From assembly GCA_037143195.1 (NCBI GenBank), contig JBAWZD010000002.1, positions 72,785-136,784 of the forward strand: a stretch of DNA of 64,000 nucleotides, in the 5' to 3' direction. Numbering within the stretch: the first letter of the stretch is position 1; every line of letters starts with the position of its first letter. The DNA is from a bacterium. Lineage in GTDB: Bacteria > Patescibacteriota > Minisyncoccia > Phycocordibacterales > UBA9973. Of this stretch, positions 49,073-57,468 are shown in pieces. The notes beneath the pieces were generated by a model that worked only from the letters and a program-made list of their open reading frames with translations, was not told the DNA's origin and ran no database searches. The position numbers and the translations under genes were made by a program.

Positions 49073-49875
49073 AAAACGTATATCGGGTATACAAAGAGTG
49101 GGGAGAGACCCCGCTTGTTTGTTTGGAACGACTCCGTGCGAGAGAAGGAATAGATGCGAATGTGCCAATGACGTATGCTGGCCGACTTGATCCGGCCGCA
49201 GAAGGTGAACTTATCATCCTTGTGGGTGATGAATGCAAAAACAAGGATGCGTATAGCGGGCTCTCAAAAACATACGTTGCTGAAATTCTATTTGGTGTAT
49301 CAACTGACACGTATGATTTACTTGGTCTCCCAAAATTAAGTGAAGCACTCAGCAAATCTTCTTTCAAAAAGGCAACTCGTCGCGCGTGCTCGCGCGCGAG
49401 CTTCTCGGCGCCAAGCGCCTGCGAAAGGCCTTCTTTGAAAGAAGATTTGCTGAGTGCTTACCTTGATTCTCGAATTGGCAAACAAATGCAGATGTATCCA
49501 GCATATTCGTCAAAGACGGTCGGTGGAGTGCAGTTACATGCACACGCGCGGGCGGGGAAGGACGTTGATTTGCCTATACATGAGGTGGAACTCATTGCTT
49601 ACGCCGACCTCACGGTCGGCTTGCGTACTCGAGCCGAAGTAATTGATCGAGTCCGCGATCTCACGAGTATTGTCAAAGGTGATTTTCGTCAGACCGAAAT
49701 TCTTGAATCGTGGACGAGTCTTGTAACTGAATTGCCCGAGGAACTACTTGCCGTGAAAGTACACCTTACTGTTTCAAGCGGATTTTATATACGCCAATTT
49801 GCTCATGACATCGGGGAAGTTTTTGGTGCTGACACTTGTTTGTATTCGCTCGTGCGAAATCACATTGAGCAGTAG
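49054..49875 (+). CDS. truB: TruB-family pseudouridine synthase carrying an in-frame 63-bp repeat insertion
   Basis: YAGRLDPAAEGELIILVGD is the catalytic Asp motif. KTYVAEILFGVSTDTYD and MYPAYSSK are also present. The GTG start overlaps the cmk stop. A 63-bp dispersed-repeat core at 49371-49433 is inserted in-frame. Confidence 0.7.
   Translation: MASEGIKNVYRVYKEWGETPLVCLERLRAREGIDANVPMTYAGRLDPAAEGELIILVGDECKNKDAYSGLSKTYVAEILFGVSTDTYDLLGLPKLSEALSKSSFKKATRRACSRASFSAPSACERPSLKEDLLSAYLDSRIGKQMQMYPAYSSKTVGGVQLHAHARAGKDVDLPIHEVELIAYADLTVGLRTRAEVIDRVRDLTSIVKGDFRQTEILESWTSLVTELPEELLAVKVHLTVSSGFYIRQFAHDIGEVFGADTCLYSLVRNHIEQ
49351..49452. repeat. 63-bp-family dispersed repeat copy (49371-49433) flanked by 18-bp perfect inverted repeat, located in-frame inside truB
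   Basis: GGCAACTCGTCGCGCGTGCTCGCGCGCGAGCTTCTCGGCGCCAAGCGCCTGCGAAAGGCCTTC, with flanks AGCAAATCTTCTTTCAAA and TTTGAAAGAAGATTTGCT. Confidence 0.75.
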
Positions 49876-49931
49876 ATGCTAAAACAGACACTAAATGATA
49901 GTGTCTGTTTAAGAATAAGGTTGAGGGGCTG

Positions 49932-50201
49932 TTACTTGCGAAAGAAAAATAACTGAAACATTGTTGAGGCTATGATCATTCCTGCTACGACGAACAGGAC
50001 GAATGTCCCCTTTTTTCTTTTAGCGAATCCGTATGCTCCAAGTAGGAGCATTATTTCGCTGGCTCCGATTGGAACCAGGAAGAAAAATAGAAACCTTAAT
50101 GGCAGAATTGTTGGTATTGTGAATACCAACACACTCTGTACTAGAGTCGTGAAGTGCCCGAGCAGTGCTCCGGGACTTAGTAAATTTTTAGTTGAGAACA
50201 T
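49932..50201 (-). CDS. small membrane protein
   Basis: 89 aa with two or three TM helices. Confidence 0.4.
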   Translation of the reverse strand: MFSTKNLLSPGALLGHFTTLVQSVLVFTIPTILPLRFLFFFLVPIGASEIMLLLGAYGFAKRKKGTFVLFVVAGMIIASTMFQLFFFRK

Positions 50202-50283
50202 AACTATTTTTTTGGTTTAATTATATTATACACCCTAGAAGTAAATATGTCAAGGTTAGACAATGAGTCTCTCAGTGCTGGGT

Positions 50284-50311
50284 AAGGTGAGTTGACACGA
50301 AGCAAAAATCT
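50284..50311 (+). promoter_or_regulatory. sigma70-like promoter (TTGACA-16-TAATAT) restarting ribosomal operon at rpsZ
   Basis: Consensus hexamers lie about 130 nt upstream of rpsZ, and the leader has predicted stem-loops. Confidence 0.4.
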
Positions 50312-50442
50312 GATAATATGAGCGTCGAGGCAGATTAAGTCAGTGGCGTCCGTTTTTCTCCTTTAGTTTCCTAGGTTTCTCCTGCTCTAGGGATATAAAG
50401 AACAAACACGTGATACGCGCTGGCGGGCCTCCTATTTTCACT

Positions 50443-50628
50443 ATGGCAAAGACATCAACAAAATATCGCGCTACGCGCACGCCGAAGTTCTCTACACGGG
50501 CGAAGAATCGTTGTTTTAAGTGTGGCCGAGGTCGAGGTTTTATGCGTGATTTCGGACTATGTCGAATCTGTTTCCGTGAACTTGCCAATGAAGGCATGAT
50601 CCCGGGCGTCCGTAAGTCGTCTTGGTAA
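50443..50628 (+). CDS. rpsZ: 30S ribosomal protein S14 type Z (zinc-binding)
   Basis: 61 aa with C..C...C..C (CFKCGRG...CRICFRE). Confidence 0.85.
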   Translation: MAKTSTKYRATRTPKFSTRAKNRCFKCGRGRGFMRDFGLCRICFRELANEGMIPGVRKSSW

Positions 50629-50646
50629 TCACTCTAAAGTAAATCT

Positions 50647-51033
50647 ATGGATCCAGTATCAAATATGCTCACAGGAATGAAAAACGCCAATCGCGCACTC
50701 CGCGACGTCGTTGTCGTTCCAGAATCGAAGCTCTGTCTCGCAATCGCACAAAAACTTTCGAAAGAAGGATTTGTCGGTGCTATTACAAAGAAATCACGTC
50801 GCGGACGACCAGTATTTGAGGTTTCTCTCATTGCTGTCGACCGAATCCCAAAGATCAATGAAGTTGTGCGTATCTCGAAGCCGTCACGTCGTATGTACGC
50901 TGGCGCGCAGGATATTAGGTCAATCAAGAATGGCAAGGGATTGCTCGTCCTTTCAACTCCGAAAGGCATTCTTACTGACAAAGAAGCTCGCAAGGAACAC
51001 GTCGGCGGCGAGGTATTGTTCTCTATCTGGTAA
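50647..51033 (+). CDS. rpsH: 30S ribosomal protein S8
   Basis: Canonical S8 sequence. Confidence 0.9.
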   Translation: MDPVSNMLTGMKNANRALRDVVVVPESKLCLAIAQKLSKEGFVGAITKKSRRGRPVFEVSLIAVDRIPKINEVVRISKPSRRMYAGAQDIRSIKNGKGLLVLSTPKGILTDKEARKEHVGGEVLFSIW

Positions 51034-51038
51034 ATTAT

Positions 51039-51575
51039 ATGTCACGAATCGCTAAACAACCCATCCCAATCCCAGCCGGTACAGAGGTCAAACTCGACGC
51101 TGGTGTCCTCACAGTCAAGGGCCCAAAAGGCACGCTTACTCGTGAAGTCAAACCTGATGTCATCATTCTCGTTGACGGTGGCTATGTCACTCTCAAACCA
51201 AAGAATGATTCAGATATCTTTTCTCGCGCACTCTGGGGCACATACGCATCTCATGTCAAAAACATGCTTGCCGGTGTGAACACTCCATACGCGAAGAAAC
51301 TCATCCTCGAAGGAGTTGGATTTAAGAGTGAAGTCAAAGGTACAGACCTCAACCTCGCACTTGGATTTTCTCACGGAGTTGTCGTTCCAATCCCAACAGG
51401 CCTCACGGTTACTGCGGAAAAGAACAACATCACCATCACTGGTGTCGACAAAGAAATGGTCGGTCAATTTGCAGCCAAGGTACGCGCAATGAAGAAGCCA
51501 GAACCATACAAGGGTAAGGGCTTCCGTTACGATACTGAGGTTATCCGTCGCAAACAGGGTAAGAAGGCTGCGTAA
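51039..51575 (+). CDS. rplF: 50S ribosomal protein L6
   Basis: Canonical L6 sequence. Confidence 0.9.
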   Translation: MSRIAKQPIPIPAGTEVKLDAGVLTVKGPKGTLTREVKPDVIILVDGGYVTLKPKNDSDIFSRALWGTYASHVKNMLAGVNTPYAKKLILEGVGFKSEVKGTDLNLALGFSHGVVVPIPTGLTVTAEKNNITITGVDKEMVGQFAAKVRAMKKPEPYKGKGFRYDTEVIRRKQGKKAA

Positions 51576-51595
51576 TCAGTAAATAGATATATCGT

Positions 51596-51943
51596 ATGAA
51601 AACAAAAAACATCAAAACTGAAAAGCGCATGCGTTTGAAGAAGAAGATCCGCATGCGAATCGCTGGGGACGCACAGCGCCCACGTCTCGCTGTCTTCCGT
51701 TCAAACAAATTCATCTACGCACAGGCTATCGACGACAACAAACAGATCACACTCGTTGCAGCAAGTGATTCCGCACAAAAGGGAACCAAAGTTGCTGGAG
51801 CTGAGTTCGTTGGAAAGACAATTGCAGGCCTTTTGAAAGAAAAGGGAATTACTACAGTCGTCTTCGATCGTGGCGGTTTCCGCTACGCAGGTCGTGTTAA
51901 AATTCTTGCCGACGCAGCACGTGCGAGTGGCCTTAACTTCTAA
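51596..51943 (+). CDS. rplR: 50S ribosomal protein L18
   Basis: Canonical L18 sequence. Confidence 0.85.
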   Translation: MKTKNIKTEKRMRLKKKIRMRIAGDAQRPRLAVFRSNKFIYAQAIDDNKQITLVAASDSAQKGTKVAGAEFVGKTIAGLLKEKGITTVVFDRGGFRYAGRVKILADAARASGLNF

Positions 51944-51948
51944 ATTCT

Positions 51949-52635
51949 ATGGCTGAAACTACAAATACAACAAAACCAGCAGGATCAAGCGCTCGCGGTG
52001 GAGCTTCTCGCGGAGGTTCATCATACGGCGGTTCTCGCGGTGGTGCAGCAGGTGCAGGTGCGCGTCCAGGTGGCTCACGTCCAGGTGGACGTCGCCCATT
52101 TACAGAGCGCGCAAAGCCTGAGTACGATCAGAAGATTCTCGCGATTCGTCGCGTGACTCGTGTGGTCTCAGGTGGACGTCGTATGACGTTTAGTGTTGCG
52201 CTCGCTATCGGTGACCGCAAGGGAATGGTAGGACTTGGAACTGGAAAGGCTATCGATACATCAATGGCAATCCAGAAGGCTCAAAAGGCTGCCAAGAAAA
52301 ACATGCTCAAATTGAAGCTCACCAAGACACAGTCACTCCCACATGATATTTCTGCAAAGTTCTCTTCAGCACGAGTTATGCTCATGCCGAACCGTGGACG
52401 CGGACTCATCTCAGGAAGTGCAACACGTGACATGCTTCTCCTCGCTGGAGTCAAGGATGTAACGACAAAGATTCTCTCAGGTTCAAAGAACAAGCTCAAC
52501 AATGCTCGCGCAACAATGAAAGCGTTTGAAGCTATCGGTACAAAAGTTATCCATCACAAGATTGCTTCTGACCGTGCTGAAGCCGCAGCTGCAACAGTAA
52601 AGCTTGCTGAAGAATCTGCAGTGGTCGCGAAGTAA
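51949..52635 (+). CDS. rpsE: 30S ribosomal protein S5 with N-terminal Gly/Arg-rich (RGG-like) extension
   Basis: S5 dsRBD and C-terminal domains, preceded by about 60 aa of GSSARGGASRGGSSYGGSRGG.... Confidence 0.85.
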   Translation: MAETTNTTKPAGSSARGGASRGGSSYGGSRGGAAGAGARPGGSRPGGRRPFTERAKPEYDQKILAIRRVTRVVSGGRRMTFSVALAIGDRKGMVGLGTGKAIDTSMAIQKAQKAAKKNMLKLKLTKTQSLPHDISAKFSSARVMLMPNRGRGLISGSATRDMLLLAGVKDVTTKILSGSKNKLNNARATMKAFEAIGTKVIHHKIASDRAEAAAATVKLAEESAVVAK

Positions 52636-52651
52636 TCTCGAGGAGAAATAT

Positions 52652-53086
52652 ATGCAAACACATACAGTAAAACGAAATACAAAAGAAAAGTCTCATGTTC
52701 AGCTTGGCCGTGGCGGACGCCATGGTAAGACTTCAGGACGTGGAGGCAAAGGACAGACTGCACGTGCTGGTAACAAGCGCCGTCCAGAACTTCGAGATGC
52801 GATCAAAAAGATCCCAAAGCTCCGCGGATACAAATTTGCTTCAATCCAGAACACATTCTACGCAATCAACCTCGATGCACTCAACACTGCGTACAACGCA
52901 GGGGAAGTAGTGTCACTTGAGACACTTATGGCAAAGAAAGTTGTTCGCGTGAAGGGTGGAAACAACCCACGCGTCAAGATTCTTGCTCGTGGAACTCTCT
53001 CAAAGAAACTCTCAGTCAAAGGCTGCACGCTTTCAGCGGCAGCAAAAGCAGCAATCGAAAAAGTCGGAGGAACAGTAGAAGCGTAA
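52652..53086 (+). CDS. rplO: 50S ribosomal protein L15
   Basis: The internal ATG was chosen. GRGGRHGKTSGRGGKGQ is present. No rpmD (L30) lies between S5 and L15. Confidence 0.85.
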   Translation: MQTHTVKRNTKEKSHVQLGRGGRHGKTSGRGGKGQTARAGNKRRPELRDAIKKIPKLRGYKFASIQNTFYAINLDALNTAYNAGEVVSLETLMAKKVVRVKGGNNPRVKILARGTLSKKLSVKGCTLSAAAKAAIEKVGGTVEA

Positions 53087-53102
53087 TCGCTTTCGAACCA
53101 CT

Positions 53103-54377
53103 ATGAATACTTTTTTTTCAAAGCTCAAGATCATTTGGCGCGACAAGGCTTTGCGCAACCGCATGTTTGTCATGCTTGGTTTGCTCGTGGTCTTCCGCTT
53201 GCTTGCGACAATTCCAGTTCCTGGAGTTGACCCAGCTCGTCTCGCACAATTCCTCGCGAACAACCAATTCTTCGGCGTGTTGAACCTCTTCTCTGGAGGA
53301 GGACTCACAACACTCTCGATCATCATGCTTGGTGTTGGACCGTACATCACGGCTTCGATCATCATGCAGTTGCTCACGATGATGAGTACTCGTTTGAAGG
53401 CATTGAACCAAGACGAGGGTGAGGCAGGGCGCAAAAAGTTTGCACAGTACTCACGTATTCTTGCAATCCCACTCGCGCTCTTGCAGGGTCTCGGACTCAT
53501 GTTGCTCCTTGAGAAGCAGGGAATCTTTAGTCATCTCGCACCAGTTGCGCTCATTACGAGTCTCGTGGTCGTGACGGCAGGATCACTCTTCCTCATGTGG
53601 CTTGGAGAAGTGATGACAGAATTTGGAGTATCAAACGGTATCTCAGTCATCATCTTCGCTGGTATCATCGCCGCACTTCCAACACACATTAGTCAGACAT
53701 TGTTCACGTTCAGTGTTGCACAGATTCCTTTCTACGCGCTCTTTATCGTTCTCGGTATTGCGCTCATCGTTGGAGTTGTTGTGATCACTGAAGCTGAGCG
53801 TCCAATCCCCGTGACGTATGCACGTCAGGTGCGCGGGGGAGCATCGACTGGAGGAGTTTCAACATACGTTCCACTTCGTGTGAACCAAGCTGGAGTTATC
53901 CCAATCATCTTCGCGCTCTCAATCTTGCTCTTGCCACAGCTCATTGGAAATCTTATGACGACGTTTGCTCACAATAGTCACTTGCTTGCTATTGGTCGTG
54001 CGCTTGCGAACTTCTCGCAGACGACATGGCTCTACGGCATCATCTACTTCGTGCTTGTATTCGTCTTCACATACTTCTACACAGCAGTGACGTTTGATCC
54101 ACAGCAGATGGCGGAAAATCTCCAGAAGGGAGGTGCCTTCATCCCCGGTATTCGTCCAGGTCTTTCGACCGAACAGTACCTCTCAGGTGTGGTCTCACGT
54201 ATTACGCTCGTTGGAGCATTGTTCCTCGGTGTCATCGCCGTCTTGCCACTCGTTGCTCGTGCCGTCACTGGTATCACTTCGATTGCGCTTGGAGGTACGG
54301 CACTTCTCATAGTTGTTTCTGTGATTCTCGACCTCATCAAAAAGGTTGATGCTCAGATTTCGATGCACGAGTACTAA
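53103..54377 (+). CDS. secY: preprotein translocase subunit SecY
   Basis: Ten TM helices and the canonical SecY motifs. Confidence 0.9.
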   Translation: MNTFFSKLKIIWRDKALRNRMFVMLGLLVVFRLLATIPVPGVDPARLAQFLANNQFFGVLNLFSGGGLTTLSIIMLGVGPYITASIIMQLLTMMSTRLKALNQDEGEAGRKKFAQYSRILAIPLALLQGLGLMLLLEKQGIFSHLAPVALITSLVVVTAGSLFLMWLGEVMTEFGVSNGISVIIFAGIIAALPTHISQTLFTFSVAQIPFYALFIVLGIALIVGVVVITEAERPIPVTYARQVRGGASTGGVSTYVPLRVNQAGVIPIIFALSILLLPQLIGNLMTTFAHNSHLLAIGRALANFSQTTWLYGIIYFVLVFVFTYFYTAVTFDPQQMAENLQKGGAFIPGIRPGLSTEQYLSGVVSRITLVGALFLGVIAVLPLVARAVTGITSIALGGTALLIVVSVILDLIKKVDAQISMHEY

Positions 54378-54386
54378 TATCGTATC

Positions 54387-54503
54387 CGCCGTGCGCATGC
54401 ACGCATAAAAAAAGGCTACCCCATAAAATTCTGTTGAATTTTTGGGCCCGCTCAGGCCGTCGCCTTCCGCGAGGCCTTTTTTTATGCGTGCATGCGCATG
54501 GCG
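54387..54503. repeat. ~30-bp near-perfect inverted repeat with ~57-nt loop downstream of secY
   Basis: CGCCGTGCGCATGCACGCATAAAAAAAGGC pairs with GCCTTTTTTTATGCGTGCATGCGCATGGCG with one mismatch. Confidence 0.6.
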
Positions 54504-54629
54504 TTCCGAATCTGGCGTAGACTTCTCACAGGACTTTATCCACATTTTTTTAATTGTTGCTGATTGTCGTTTCCACTGTAGTTTGATTATAAGTCTAATA
54601 ATAGGCGCAATCTTTAAAAATAAATAATA

Positions 54630-55436
54630 ATGAGCAATCCAAAAAACATTACTAACTACACACAAGTAGTAGAATTACTGAGACCTAAGCCCGAGTGCTG
54701 GACTCCAGACATGATGTACTCTCTCTTTGGTGAAAAACCCGACGCAGACATTCAAGATGTCAAACTTTCGTTTGAAAGATTAGAATACCTCTATTCAAAC
54801 CGGATAAGTCTGATTACATTTGTAAATAGACCAGCGCTGGAGTTAATTCAAAAAGTGAACAACAGATTCAGGAATGGGGAACTAATAATACCAAACCACC
54901 CAGATTTTGACCCGAAGTGTCTTACTGCTATTGAAAAATATCCGACACAAGGACCCTGCCTTATTAGCATAGGTTGTATCCCGAAAAGTAAAGAGAAGAA
55001 TTACTGGAAACAAACACTTGTGCTAGCAGATTATGTTGAAGAATTTTTGCCTGAAATTACAAGTACGCTTTTCTGGAAAGAAGCTCGGCTTGAATTAGTC
55101 AATTTGAGTTCCAATATTGGTTCGTTGTTAGAGGAAAAAGAACCAGGTATTGCTTTGGGTCGACTTAAAGAACTTAAAATTAATCAACATTTTAGGCCAA
55201 GTGCTTCTGAAACACTGCAGCAGATTATCGCATGCGATTATTTGTCTGGTAAAAAGCTGTTCTCCGGTGACTCAACACTGACTTCTGATTTTTTGGCAAT
55301 GGGCGATGTTTCTCCGGTATCTATGCACATGTTCGGCGATTGTTTGGGTATGCTCTCCGCACGAGTTAACAATTACCATGTAGAAATCGGATGTTCATTC
55401 AAGTGTAATTTAGGTTGGTTGGCCATGTTGCAATAA
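54630..55436 (+). CDS. hypothetical protein (low-GC, accessory)
   Basis: 268-aa ORF that is AT-rich relative to its neighbours and has no recognisable motif. Confidence 0.4.
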   Translation: MSNPKNITNYTQVVELLRPKPECWTPDMMYSLFGEKPDADIQDVKLSFERLEYLYSNRISLITFVNRPALELIQKVNNRFRNGELIIPNHPDFDPKCLTAIEKYPTQGPCLISIGCIPKSKEKNYWKQTLVLADYVEEFLPEITSTLFWKEARLELVNLSSNIGSLLEEKEPGIALGRLKELKINQHFRPSASETLQQIIACDYLSGKKLFSGDSTLTSDFLAMGDVSPVSMHMFGDCLGMLSARVNNYHVEIGCSFKCNLGWLAMLQ

Positions 55437-55613
55437 TCAATCAACGGTAAGGAATAATTTGACTTTTTGCGTAGCTTTGCTAGCATCAATTCCGTGGTGT
55501 CCGTCGCTGGAAACAATTGACACCAAACAATAAAGGTCCCAGGTACAATTTGCCTGGGACTTATTTTTTTTATAAGACATTGACAATGTATATACATTGA
55601 GTATACAATCGAA

Positions 55614-55883
55614 TTGATGAATACAGTAATCAATATACGAACGGACAAGAAGGTTCGTGATGAGGCTTCGAGGATTTTTGAGCGCATGGGTCTGACTTTG
55701 TCCGCTGGCATGAATATGTTTTTGCGTCAGGTCATTCAAGAAAAAGGTTTACCGTTTCAGCCGACGCTTGATCCTGAAAAAATTGCCGAAAAATGGAAGA
55801 GGGAAGCGGAATGGGCACTCAAACATGGCAAGGGATATACTTCAACAAAAGAAATGTTTGATGATATTATGGTAGGGAGATAG
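55614..55883 (+). CDS. dinJ: type II antitoxin, RelB/DinJ family
   Basis: INIRTDKKVRDEASRIFERMGLTLSAGMNMFLRQVIQEKGLPF is a DinJ-like RHH fold. Confidence 0.65.
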   Translation: MMNTVINIRTDKKVRDEASRIFERMGLTLSAGMNMFLRQVIQEKGLPFQPTLDPEKIAEKWKREAEWALKHGKGYTSTKEMFDDIMVGR

Positions 55884-55886
55884 CAC

Positions 55887-56165
55887 ATGTACATTCGGTA
55901 TTACACAAAACACTTTCAAAAATCAGTTCAAAAGGTCATTCGTTCGGGCAAGATTAGCCGAACGGAGATAGAAAGCGTGGTTGATTTGATAGCCCAAGGA
56001 GAGCCACTTCCATTGAAGTATCAAGATCATCAGTTGAAAGGAATTTTTCGAGAATATCGAGAATGTCATATAAGAGGAGATCTTCTTTTGGTATATCAAA
56101 TCCAAAATAAGAATCTTATTCTCCTCTTAATCGATATCGGCTCCCACTCGTATCTTGGCGTTTGA
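55887..56165 (+). CDS. yafQ: type II toxin, YafQ/RelE family
   Basis: ...YQDHQLKGIFREYRECHIRGDLLLVYQIQNKNLILLLIDIGSHS is a YafQ-type signature. The gene starts 4 nt after the antitoxin stop. Confidence 0.65.
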   Translation: MYIRYYTKHFQKSVQKVIRSGKISRTEIESVVDLIAQGEPLPLKYQDHQLKGIFREYRECHIRGDLLLVYQIQNKNLILLLIDIGSHSYLGV

Positions 56166-56184
56166 TATGGTATATTCGAGCCAT

Positions 56185-56775
56185 ATGAACGCACCGAAAA
56201 CCTATGTATTTTTTGGGATTGTGGGGGCTGGAAAGGGCACTCAAGTTGAGCTTTTGAAGAAGCTCCTTGCCGAGCAGGACAGTCGCAAGATTGTGTATGC
56301 GTACCCAGGCAATGAATACCGCGCTTTGACTGCTGGCGATGGCTATACAGGGAGTCTTGTGAAGGCCAAACTTGAGCGTGGCGAGCTTCAGCCTGATTTC
56401 TTGACCATCGGGGTCTTTACGAACATTCTCATCCGCGAACTCACAGCGGACTGTCATCTCATCGCCGACGGATATCCTCGCACGCTCGAACAAGAGGCTG
56501 CGTTTACGAGTGCGATGGATTTTTACAAACGCGAGAATGTTGAGATCGTGTACATCGAAGTTTCAAAAGAAGAAGTCATCAAACGCATGAAGCTTCGTGG
56601 ACGCTCTGATGATACCGACGAAGGCATCAATCGCAGATTCTGGGAATATGAGACGAACGTCATTCCGGCGATGCAGGCGCTCAAGACCAAGTCTGGCTAC
56701 ACACTTCATACAATCAATGGCGCGCAGTCGATCGAGGCTGTGCACGAAGATATCAAAAAGGCGCTCGGTTTTTAA
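56185..56775 (+). CDS. adk: adenylate kinase-like NMP kinase (divergent)
   Basis: GIVGAGKGTQ P-loop, sitting in the adk position after secY. It lacks an obvious long LID. Confidence 0.55.
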   Translation: MNAPKTYVFFGIVGAGKGTQVELLKKLLAEQDSRKIVYAYPGNEYRALTAGDGYTGSLVKAKLERGELQPDFLTIGVFTNILIRELTADCHLIADGYPRTLEQEAAFTSAMDFYKRENVEIVYIEVSKEEVIKRMKLRGRSDDTDEGINRRFWEYETNVIPAMQALKTKSGYTLHTINGAQSIEAVHEDIKKALGF

Positions 56776-56778
56776 TCT

Positions 56779-57465
56779 ATGGAAAATATTTCTTGGACAG
56801 TCATTTCACTTGGAGGGTCACTCATTTGTCCTGACCGTGTTGATGGCGATTATGTAAGTGCGATTAGTACGCTCATTCGTACTCGCGCCCAAAAAGGGGA
56901 GCGCTTCGCAATCATTACGGGTGGCGGCAAATTGTGTCGCGAATATCAGGACGCCCTTCGTAAAGCGCACACTCCTTCGAACGACGAACTCGATTGGCTC
57001 GGAATATACACGACTCGTTACAATGCAGAATTGTTGCGACTCGCGATTGGAGACGTGGTAGAACCCGCAATATATCTTGACCCACGTGAGCTCTCGCTCA
57101 CTGGCCGCTCAGTACTCGTGGGTGGTGGATATGAACCTGGTCACTCAAGTGATGGTGCTGCGGTAACGCTCGCAAAATCGCTCGGTGCAAAAAAGGTCAT
57201 CAATCTTTCAAACATTGATTACGTCTACACCGCAGATCCACGCAAGGATGCGACAGCAACTCCGATCAAAACATCGTCATGGGATGATTTTCGCAAACTT
57301 TTGCCTGAGACATGGGACCCTGGTTTCAACGCTCCGTTTGATCCTATCGCTGCCAAAATGGCACAAGAGCTTGGACTTGAAGTTGCGGTCATGAACGGCA
57401 AGAATTTGGAAAATCTTTCAGCATATCTCGACGGCAAAGAATTTGTAGGAACAGTCATTCGATAA
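56779..57465 (+). CDS. pyrH: UMP kinase-like amino-acid-kinase-family protein
   Basis: VISLGGSLI...IITGGG...VLVGGGYEPGHSSD is AAK-fold and UMP-kinase-like. Confidence 0.55.
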   Translation: MENISWTVISLGGSLICPDRVDGDYVSAISTLIRTRAQKGERFAIITGGGKLCREYQDALRKAHTPSNDELDWLGIYTTRYNAELLRLAIGDVVEPAIYLDPRELSLTGRSVLVGGGYEPGHSSDGAAVTLAKSLGAKKVINLSNIDYVYTADPRKDATATPIKTSSWDDFRKLLPETWDPGFNAPFDPIAAKMAQELGLEVAVMNGKNLENLSAYLDGKEFVGTVIR

Positions 57466-57468
57466 TAT

